The notes beneath the pieces are model-generated. The model made no database searches. It was not told where the DNA came from and worked only from the letters and a program-made list of their open reading frames with translations. This document shows positions 40,400 to 50,644 of a stretch of 64,000 bases of DNA, one piece after another. The DNA is taken from contig NC_086121.1 in the NCBI RefSeq assembly GCF_963921235.1, positions 23,126,001 through 23,190,000 of the forward strand, read 5' to 3'. Positions within the stretch are counted from its first letter, which is position 1, and the number at the start of each line of letters is the position of its first letter. The DNA is from Mobula hypostoma (taxonomy: Eukaryota). Position numbers and translations under genes: made by a program.

Positions 40400-43300
40400 A
40401 GTCTATCGTTACCCCTGTTATAGGGGGAGTCTCTCATCACCCCTCTAACAGAGGGAGTCTCTCCCCCATCACCCCTGTTACAGTGGGAGTCTCTCCCCCA
40501 TCACCCCTCTTACAGGGGGAGTCTCTCCCCCATCACCCCTGTTACAGTGGGAGTCTCTCCCCCATCACCCCATTACAGAGGGAGTCTCTCCCCATCACCC
40601 CTGTTACAGTGGGAGTCTCTCCCCCATCACCCCTCTTACAGGGGGAGTCTCTCCCCCATCACCCCTGTTACAGTGGGAGTCTCTCCCCCATCACCCCCAT
40701 TACAGAGGGAGTCTCTCCCCATCACCCCTGTTACAGGGGGAGTCTCTCCCCCATCACCCCTGTTACAGAGGGGGTCTCTCCCCCATCACCCCTCTAACAG
40801 AGGGAGTCTCTCCCCCATCACCCCTGTTACAGAGGGAGTCTCTCCCCCATCACCCCTCTAACAGAGGGAGTCTCTCCCCCATCACCCCTCTAACAGAGGG
40901 AGTCTCTCCCCCATCACCCCTGTTACAGAGGGATTCTCTCCCCCATCACCCCGTTACTGAGGGAGTCTCTCCCCCATTACCCCCATTACAGAGGGAGTCT
41001 CTCCCCCATCACCCCTGTTACAGAGGGAGTCTCTCCCCCATCACCCCCGTTACTGAGGGAGTCTCTCCCCCATCACCCCTGTTACAGAGGGAGTCTCTCC
41101 CCCATCACCCCTGTTACAGTGGGAGTCTCTCCCCCATTACCCCCATTACAGAGGGAGTCTCTCCCCATCACCCCTGTTACAGAGGGAGTCTCTCCCCCAT
41201 CACCCCGTTACAGAGGGAGTCTCTCCCCCATTACCCCTGTTACAGAGGGAGTCTCTCCCCCATTACTCCTGTTACAGAGGGAGTGTCTCTCCCATTACCC
41301 CTGTTACAGAGGGAATCTTTCCCCCATCACCCCTGTTACAGAGGGAGTCTCTCCCCCATCACCCCGTTACAGAGGGAGTCTCTCCCCCATTACCCCTGTT
41401 ACAGAGGGAGTCTCTCCCCATTACCCCTGTTACAGAGGGAGTCTCTCCCCCATCACCCCTCTAACAGAGGGAGTCTCTCCCCCATCACCCCTGTTACAGA
41501 GGGATTCTCTCCCCCATCACCCCCGTTACTGAGGGAGTCTCTCCCCCATTACCCCCATTACAGAGGGAGTCTCTCCCCCATCACCCCTGTTACAGAGGGA
41601 GTCTCTCCCCCATCACCCCCGTTACTGAGGGAGTCTCTCCCCCATCACCCCTGTTACAGAGGGAGTCTCTCCCCCATCACCCCTGTTACAGTGGGAGTCT
41701 CTCCCCCATTACCCCCATTACAGAGGGAGTCTCTCCCCATCACCCCTGTTACAGAGGGAGTCTCTCCCCCATCACCCCGTTACAGAGGGAGTCTCTCCCC
41801 CATTACCCCTGTTACAGAGGGAGTCTCTCCCCCATTACTCCTGTTACAGAGGGAGTGTCTCTCCCATTACCCCTGTTACAGAGGGAATCTTTCCCCCATC
41901 ACCCCTGTTACAGAGGGAGTCTCTCCCCCATCACCCCGTTACAGAGGGAGTCTCTCCCCCATTACCCCAGTTACAGAGGGAGTCTCTCCCCATTACCCCT
42001 GTTACAGAGGGAGTCTCTCCCCATTACCCCTGTTACAGAGGGAATCTCTCCCCCATCACCCCTGTTACAGAGGGAATCTCCCCCATCACCCCTGTTACAG
42101 AGGGAGTCTCTCCCCCATTACCCCCATTACAGAGGGAGTCTCTCCCCCCATCACCCCTGTTACTGAAGGAGTCTCTCCCCCATTACCCCTGTTACAGAGG
42201 GAGTCTCTCCCCCATTACTCCATTACAGAGGGAGTCTCTCCCCCATTACTCCATTACAGAGGGAGTCTCTCCCCCATTACCCGTTACAGAGAGAGTCTCT
42301 CCCCATTACCCCTGTTACAGAGGGAGTCTCTCCCCATTACCCCTGTTACAGAGGGAGTCTCTTCCCCCATTACCCCTGTTACAGAGGGAGTCTCTCCCCC
42401 ATCACCCCGTTACAGAGGGAGTCTCTCCCCCATCACCCCTGTTACAGAGGGAGTCTCTCCCCATTACCCCCGTTACAGAGGGAGTCTCTTCCCATTACCC
42501 CTGTTACAGAGGGAGTCTCTCCCCCATTACCCCCATTTCAGAGAGAGTCTCTCCCCCATCACTCCTGTTACAGAGGGAGTCTCTCCCTCATTACCCCTGT
42601 TACAGAGGGAGTCTCTCCCCCATTACTCCTGTTACAGAGGGTGTCTCTCCCCCATTACTCCATTACAGAGGGAGTCTCTCCCCATTCCCCGTTACAGAGG
42701 GAGTCTCTCCCCCATCACCCCTGTTACAGAGGGAGTCTCTCTCCCATCACCCGTTACAGAGGGAGTCTTTCCCCATTACCCCTGTTACAGAGGGAGTCTC
42801 TCCCCCATCACCCCTGTAACAGAGGGAGTCTCTCTCCCATCACCCATTACAGAGGGAGTCCCTCCCCCATCACCCCTGTTACAGAGGGAATCTCTCCCCC
42901 ATTACCCGTTACAGAGGGAGTCTCTCCCCATTACCCCTGTTACAGAGGGAGTCTCTTCCCCATCACCCCTGTTACAGAGGGAGTCTCTCCCCCATCACCC
43001 CATTACAGAGGGAGTCTCTCCCCCATCACCCCTGTTACAGAGGGAGTCTCTCCCCCATCACCCCGTTACAGAGGGAGTCTCTTCCCATTACCCCTGTTAC
43101 AGAGGGAGTCTCTCCCCCATTACCCCCATTTCAGAGAGAGTCTCTCCCCCCATCACTCCTGTTACAGAGGGAGTCTCTCCCCCATCACCCCTGTTACAGA
43201 GGGTGTCTCTCCCCCATTACTCCATTACAGAGGCAGTCTCTCCCCCATCACCCCTGTTACAGAGGGGGTCTCTCCCCCATCACCCCTGTTACAGTGGGAG

Positions 43301-45048
43301 TCTCTCCCCCATTACCCGTTACAGAGGGAGTCTCTCCCCATTACCCCTGTTACAGAGGGAGTCTCTCCCCCATCACCCCTGTTACAGAGGGAGTCTCTCC
43401 CATTACCCCTGTTACAGAGGGAGTCTCTTCCCCATCACCCCTGTTACAGAGGGAGTCTCTCCCCCATCACCCCGTTACAGAGGGAGTCTCTCCCCCATCA
43501 CCCCTTTTACAGAGGGAGTCTCTCTCCCATCACCCGTTACAGAGGGAGTCTCTCCCCCATCACCCCTGTTACAGAGGGAGTCTCTCCCCCATTACTCCGT
43601 TACAGAGGGAGTCTCTCCCCCATTACTCCGTTACGGAGGGAGTCTCTCCCCCATTACTCCATTACAGAGGGAGTCTCTCCCCATTACCCCCATTACAGAG
43701 GGAGTCCCTCCCCCATCACCCCCATTACAGAGGGAATCTCTCCCCCATTACCTGTTACAGAGGGAGCCTCTCCCCATTACCCCTGTTACAGAGGGAGTCT
43801 CTCCCCCATTACCCCATTACAGAGAGAGTCTCTCCCCATTGCGCCTGTTACATTGGGGGTCTCTCCCCCATTACCCCCATTACAGAGGGAGTCTCTCGTT
43901 ACCTTGTTACAGAGGGAGTCTCTCTCCCATCACCCATTACAGAGGGAGTCCCTCCCCCATCACCCCTGTTACAGAGGGAATCTCTCCCCCATTACCCGTT
44001 ACAGAGGGAGTCTCTCCCCATTACCCCTGTTACAGAGGGAGTCTCTTCCCCATCACCCCTGTTACAGAGGGAGTCTCTCCCCCATCACCCCGTTACAGAG
44101 GGAGTCTCTCCCCCATCACCCCTGTTACAGAGGGAGTCTCTCTTCCATCACCCGTTACAGAGGGAGTCTCTCCCCATTACCCCTGTTACAGAGGGAGTCT
44201 CTCCCCCATCACCCCTGTTACAGAGGGAGTCTCTCTCCCATCACCCATTACAGAGGGAGTCCCTCCCCCATCACCCCTGTTACAGAGGGAATCTCTCCCC
44301 CATTACCCGTTACAGAGGGAGTCTCTCCCCATTACCCCTGTTACAGAGGGAGTCTCTCCCCATTACCCCTGTTACAGAGGGAGTCTCTCCCCCATTACTC
44401 CGTTACAGAGGGAGTCTCTCCCCCATTACTCTGTTACAGAGGGAGTCTCTCCCCCATTACCCCGTTACAGAGGGAATCTCTCCCCCATTACCCCCGTTAC
44501 GGAGGGAGTCTCTCCCCCATTACTCCATTACAGAGGGAGTCTCTCCCCATTACCCCCATTACAGAGGGAGTCCCTCCCCCATCACCCCCGTTACAGAGGG
44601 AATCTCTCCCCCATTACCTGTTACAGAGGGAGCCTCTCCCCATTACCCCTGTTACAGAGGGAGCCTCTCCCCATTACCCCATTACAGAGAGAGTCTCTCC
44701 CCATTGTGCCTGTTACATTGGGGGTCTCTCCCCCATTACCCCCATTACAGAGGGAGTCTCTCGTTACCTTGTTACAGAGGGAGTCTCTCCCCCCATTACC
44801 CCTGTTACAGAGGGAGTCTCCCCATTACCCCTGTTACAGAGGGAGTCTCTCCCCCATTACCCCATTACAGAGGGAGTCTCTCCCCCATTACCCCATTACA
44901 GAGGGAGTCTCTCGTTACCCTGTTACAGAGGGAGTCTCCCCATTACCCCTGTTACAGAGGGAGTCTCTCCCCCATTACCGCATTACAGAGGGAGTCTCTC
45001 CCCCATTACCCCATTACAGAGGGAGTCTCTCGTTACCCTGTTACAGAG
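40400..45048. repeat. ~32-bp (29-33) minisatellite, about 150 units, consensus GAGGGAGTCTCTCCCCCATCACCCCTGTTACA, filling the TM-to-cytoplasmic intron
   Basis: Direct periodicity, for example unit starts at 40451 and 40483. Confidence 0.97.
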
Positions 45049-45113
45049 GCAGTGCGTGAAGGGGTTTGAACCTTCGAATTTAACTCTCTCCTTTGCCCTG
45101 TTTCTCTCCTCAG

Positions 45114-45142
45114 AAATGCCCAGCGTCCCAGGACCAGACAAG
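45114..45142 (+). CDS. TAPBPL: Short cytoplasmic exon, 29 nt, phase 1-0: (E)MPSVPGPDK
   Basis: Acceptor CTTTGCCCTGTTTCTCTCCTCAG| and donor AAG|GTGAGA. The phase is compatible with the TM exon. It sits in the only unique sequence just after the 32-bp array. Confidence 0.7.
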
Positions 45143-45542
45143 GTGAGATGTTTGCTCCCCGTAAAATAATCCTGTCCTGTGAAAAGTTTAGATGATGAGA
45201 ACACTCAGTCCTCTTTTATTGTCATTTAGAAATGCGTACACGCCTTAAGAAATAATACAATGTTCCCCCGGGGGAGTGATATCACAGGAAAACAGGATAA
45301 ACCAGATCCTAACACTGACAGAACCACATAATTACTACACATAGTTAAAGCAGTGCAAAGCAATACCGTAATTTGAAGAGCAGACCACGGGCACGGTAAA
45401 AAAATTCTCGAAGTCCCGAGTCGATCGACTCCCGAGTGCCCGATAGCACCTTTTCTAACTCTCCCGCGCCCCTCCCCTCCCACTCTTCCGCGCCCCCCCC
45501 CACCCCTTCCTCCATGTTTACTCTGCTCTCTGCCTGTTGCAG

Positions 45543-45557
45543 ACAACACAAGACTAA
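45543..45557 (+). CDS. TAPBPL: Probable last coding exon, phase 0: TTQD-stop, followed by the 3' UTR
   Basis: A CTAAC branch-point-like motif near 45455 is followed by an AG-free pyrimidine tract to TTGCAG| (45542), then ACA ACA CAA GAC TAA. Confidence 0.55.
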   Translation, partial: TTQD

Positions 45558-46144
45558 AGGCGATGGAAGGGCCTGCGCGGGACGGAGCGCGTCGATGGCG
45601 CTCGCCGTTCGAGGATGCGAGGGAGTGACGGGGTGGGGGGAGCCCTCCGCTCCTACTGAGGGGCCTGACACTCTCCCTTTTACCTCCCTCCCCCGAGCTC
45701 TCTCCCTCCCCACTCCCCGCTTCCCTCGGCTCCGAGTGTCGGCACCCTCGAGGCGGTGCCGGAGCGCAGAGGGATTCCGACGCTCCCCGAACGTGGACGC
45801 GCCCGTCCAGGGCCACGTTTTATAGAACTCCCGTCTGGAGTACCACCTTCCCGTTACAGGGAAGGTGTGTGTTTGTGTGTGGGAGGGGGAGTTGGCGGGA
45901 GACTCGGAGAGGAGGCTCACACCGTGACGCTTCCTGGATTCGAGGGCGCGAGGGTCCGGATGAACGTGGGACGTTCTCCCCCACCCCCCGTGCGCCGGGG
46001 GAGGGGCGCACGGGGAATGGGGGGGAGACGGACCAGGCATGGGGGAAGGTGGGAGTGGTTTCGCTAGGTGTCTGGTTTTTAATTTAATCCGCTGGGCAGC
46101 AAACTTCATGTGCTGCGTTCCATGTTCAATACCCTGAAGGTCAA

Positions 46145-49100
46145 GGGACTGGGGGACCTCGGTGTATGAGGGTCGGACACACACCGTGAGCAGTCGGGAG
46201 TGTCGAGGGACAGAGGGACCTCGGTGTATGAGGGTAGGACACACACAGTGAGCAGTGGGGAGTGTCGAGGGACAGGGGGACCTCGGTGTATGAGGGTAGG
46301 ACACTCACTGTGAACGGTGGGGAGTGTCGAGGGACAGGGGGACCTCGGTGTATGAGGGTGAGACACTCACTGTGAACGGTGGGGAGTGTCGAGGGACAGG
46401 GGGACCTCGGTGTATGAGGGTGAGACACTCACTGTGAACAGTGGGGAGTGTCGAGGGACAGGGGGACCTCGGTGTATGAGGGTAGGACACACACAGTGAG
46501 CAGTGGGGAGTGTCGAGGGACAGGGGGACCTCGGTGTATGAGGGTGAGACACTCACTGTGAACAGTGGGGAGTGTCGAGGGACAGGGGGACCTCGGTGTA
46601 TGAGGGTAGGACACTCACTGTGAACGGTGGGGAGTGTCGAGGGACAGAGGGACCTCGGTGTATGAGGGTAGGACACTCACTGTGAACGGTGGGGAGTGTC
46701 GAGGGACAGAGGGACCTCGGTGTATGAGGGTGAGACACTCACTGTGAACAGTGGGGAGTGTCGAGGGACAGGGGGACCTCGGTGTATGAGGGTAGGACAC
46801 ACACAGTGAGCAGTGGGGAGTGTCGAGGGACAGAGGGACCTCGGTGTATGAGGGTGAGACACTCACTGTGAACAGTGGGGAGTGTCGAGGGACAGGGGGA
46901 CCTCGGTGTATGAGGGTAGGACACACACAGTGAGCAGTGGGGAGTGTCGAGGGACAGGGGGACCTCGGTGTATGAGGGTGAGACACTCACTGTGAACAGT
47001 GGGGAGTGTCGAGGGACAGGGGGACCTCGGTGTATGAGGGTAGGACACTCACTGTGAACGGTGGGGAGTGTCGAGGGACAGAGGGACCTCGGTGTATGAG
47101 GGTAGGACACTCACTGTGAACGGTGGGGAGTGTCGAGGGACAGAGGGACCTCGGTGTATGAGGGTGAGACACTCACTGTGAACAGTGGGGAGTGTCGAGG
47201 GACAGGGGGACCTCGGTGTATGAGGGTAGGACACACACAGTGAGCAGTGGGGAGTGTCGAGGGACAGAGGGACCTCGGTGTATGAGGGTCGGACACACAC
47301 AGTGAGCAGTGGGGAGTGTCGAGGGACAGGGGGACCTCGGTGTATGAGGGTAGGACACTCACTGTGAACGGTGGGGAGTGTCGAGGGACAGAGGGACCTC
47401 GGTGTATGAGGGTGAGACACTCACTGTGAACAGTGGGGAGTGTCGAGGGACAGGGGGACCTCGGTGTATGAGGGTAGGACACACACAGTGAGCAGTGGGG
47501 AGTGTCGAGGGACAGAGGGACCTCGGTGTATGAGGGTGAGACACTCACTGTGAACAGTGGGGAGTGTCGAGGGACAGGGGGACCTCGGTGTATGAGGGTA
47601 GGACACACACAGTGAGCAGTGGGGAGTGTCGAGGGACAGGGGGACCTCGGTGTATGAGGGTGAGACACTCACTGTGAACAGTGGGGAGTGTCGAGGGACA
47701 GGGGGACCTCGGTGTATGAGGGTAGGACACTCACTGTGAACGGTGGGGAGTGTCGAGGGACAGAGGGACCTCGGTGTATGAGGGTAGGACACTCACTGTG
47801 AACGGTGGGGAGTGTCGAGGGACAGAGGGACCTCGGTGTATGAGGGTGAGACACTCACTGTGAACAGTGGGGAGTGTCGAGGGACAGGGGGACCTCGGTG
47901 TATGAGGGTAGGACACACACAGTGAGCAGTGGGGAGTGTCGAGGGACAGAGGGACCTCGGTGTATGAGGGTCGGACACACACAGTGAGCAGTGGGGAGTG
48001 TCGAGGGACAGGGGGACCTCGGTGTATGAGGGTAGGACACTCACTGTGAACGGTGGGGAGTGTCGAGGGACAGAGGGACCTCGGTGTATGAGGGTGAGAC
48101 ACTCACTGTGAACAGTGGGGAGTGTCGAGGGACAGGGGGACCTCGGTGTATGAGGGTAGGACACTCACTGTGAACGGTGGGGAGTGTCGAGGGACAGAGG
48201 GACCTCGGTGTATGAGGGTGAGACACTCACTGTGAACAGTGGGGAGTGTCGAGGGACAGAGGGACCTCGGTGTATGAGGGTCGGACACACACAGTGAGCA
48301 GTGGGGAGTGTCGAGGGACAGAGGGACCTCGGTGTATGAGGGTAGGACACACACCGTGAACGGTGGGGAGTGTCGAGGGACAGGGGGACCTCGGTGTATG
48401 AGGGTGAGACACTCACTGTGAACGGTGGGGAGTGTCGAGGGACAGGGGGACCTCGGTGTATGAGGGTAGGACACACACCGTGAACGGTGGGGAGTGTCGA
48501 GGGACAGGGGGACCTCGGTGTATGAGGGTGAGACACTCACTGTGAACGGTGGGGAGTGTCGAGGGACAGGGGGACCTCGGTGTATGAGGGTGAGACACTC
48601 ACTGTGAACGGTGGGGAGTGTCGAGGGACAGGGGGACCTCGGTGTATGAGGGTAGGACACACACAGTGAGCAGTGGGGAGTGTCGAGGGACAGAGGGACC
48701 TCGGTGTATGAGGGTCGGACACACACCGTGAACGGTGGGGAGTGTCGAGGGACAGGGGGACCTCGGTGTATGAGGGTGAGACACTCACTGTGAACGGTGG
48801 GGAGTGTCGAGGGACAGGGGGACCTCGGTGTATGAGGGTAGGACACACACCGTGAACGGTGGGGAGTGTCGAGGGACAGGGGGACCTCGGTGTATGAGGG
48901 TGAGACACTCACTGTGAACGGTGGGCAGTGTCGAGGGACAGGGGGACCTCGGTGTATGAGGGTAGGACACACACAGTGAGCAGTGGGGAGTGTCGAGGGA
49001 CAGAGGGACCTCGGTGTATGAGGGTCGGACACACACAGTGAGCAGTGGGGAGTGTCGAGGGACAGGGGGACCTCGGTGTACGAGGGTAGGACACTCACTG

Positions 49101-50403
49101 TGAGCAGTGGGGAGTGTCGAGGGACAGGGGGACCTCGGTGTATGAGGGTAGGACACACACCGTGAACGGTGGGGAGTGTCGAGGGACAGGGGGACCTCGG
49201 TGTATGAGGGTAGGACACACACTGTGAGCAGTGGGGAGTGTCGAGGGACAGGGGGACCTCGGTGTATGAGGGTAGGACACACACCGTGAACGGTGGGGAG
49301 TGTCGAGGGACAGGGGGACCTCGGTGTATGAGGGTGAGACACTCACTGTGAACGGTGGGGAGTGTCGAGGGACAGGGGGACCTCGGTGTATGAGGGTAGG
49401 ACACACACAGTGAGCAGTGGGGAGTGTCGAGGGACAGAGGGACCTCGGTGTATGAGGGTCGGACACACACAGTGAGCAGTGGGGAGTGTCGAGGGACAGA
49501 GGGACCTCGGTGTATGAGGGTAGGACACTCACTGTGAACGGTGGGGAGTGTCGAGGGACGGGGGACCTCGGTGTATGAGGGTAGGACACACACAGTGAGC
49601 AGTGGGGAGTGTCGAGGGACAGAGGGACCTCGGTGTATGAGGGTCGGACACACACAGTGAGCAGTGGGGAGTGTCGAGGGACAGAGGGACCTCGGTGTAT
49701 GAGGGTAGGACACACACAGTGAGCAGTGGGGAGTGTCGAGGGACAGAGGGACCTCGGTGTATGAGGGTAGGACACACACAGTGAGCAGTGGGGAGTGTCG
49801 AGGGACAGAGGGACCTCGGTGTATGAGGGTAGGACACACACAGTGAGCAGTGGGGAGTGTCGAGGGACAGGGGGACCTCGGTGTATGAGGGTAGGACACA
49901 CACAGTGAGCAGTGGGGAGTGTCGAGGGACAGAGGGACCTCGGTGTATGAGGGTAGGACACACACAGTGAGCAGTGGGGAGTGTCGAGGGACAGAGGGAC
50001 CTCGGTGTATGAGGGTAGGACACACACAGTGAGCAGTGGGGAGTGTCGAGGGACAGAGGGACCTCGGTGTATGAGGGTAGGACACACACAGTGAGCAGTG
50101 GGGAGTGTCGAGGGACAGGGGGACCTCGGTGTATGAGGGTAGGACACACACAGTGAGCAGTGGGGAGTGTCGAGGGACAGGGGAACCTCAGCGTACGAGG
50201 ATAGGACACATACAGTGAGTGATGGGGCGTGTCGAGGGACAGGGGGATCTTGGTTAGTGAGGTAAGGACACTCACTGTGAACGGTGGGGAGTGTCGAGGG
50301 ACAGAGGGACCTCAGCGTACGAGGGTGAGACACTCACTGTGAACGGTGGGGAGTGTCGAGGGACAGAGGGACCTCAGCGTACGAGGGTGGGACACACTCT
50401 GTG
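46145..50403. repeat. 62-bp minisatellite, about 69 units, consensus GGGGAGTGTCGAGGGACAGGGGGACCTCGGTGTATGAGGGTGAGACACTCACTGTGAACAGT
   Basis: Direct periodicity; the repeat-derived ORFs step by 62 bp. Two main variants occur: CACTCACTGTGAAC and CACACACAGTGAGC. Confidence 0.98.
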
Positions 50404-50590
50404 AATCGCTTCCAACTCCCTACCCAGCTCCCTGCCTCTAACTCCCTCCAAGCCTCAAACTCCTGCAACTGCCTCCAATCCCCTCCCTAAATGCCTGTGC
50501 CTCACTCGAAAAGATTTACGCCTTCCAGCCCCCCTCCCTCCACTTTTGACCCTATCCCGCTGCTGGGAACTTGTCAACTTTGATACTGTT

Positions 50591-50640
50591 AATAAAGTTT
50601 GGCCTACGGAAACCAGGCTGTCTGTCTGTCTTGTCTATCC
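50591..50640 (+). terminator. Candidate polyadenylation signal of the tapasin-like gene (AATAAA plus GU-rich downstream element)
   Basis: AATAAA at 50591-50596 is followed about 20 nt later by CTGTCTGTCTGTCTTGTCT. It is the first AATAAA I found on + downstream of the stop at 45557. Confidence 0.6.
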
Positions 50641-50644
50641 CCGG

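Noticed and set aside
41283-45169. 1258-aa, 842-aa and 591-aa Pro/Ser-rich ORFs
   Set aside because: They are products of a stop-poor ~32-bp minisatellite lying between two well-defined in-phase exons.
45200-45440. Minus-strand AATAAA (TTTATT at 45215) suggesting an antisense gene end
   Set aside because: No associated exons were found. The AT-richer segment is more plausibly the 3' end of an interspersed repeat, which I cannot confirm without a repeat library.
46106-50333. Nested minus-strand ORFs up to 682 aa with His/Cys motifs (zinc-finger-like at a glance)
   Set aside because: They are the 62-bp repeat read in rotating frames and have no C2H2 spacing or linker consensus.
1-50403. CRISPR-like arrays
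   Set aside because: The units are head-to-tail with no unique spacers and no cas genes, in a vertebrate intron/LINE context.
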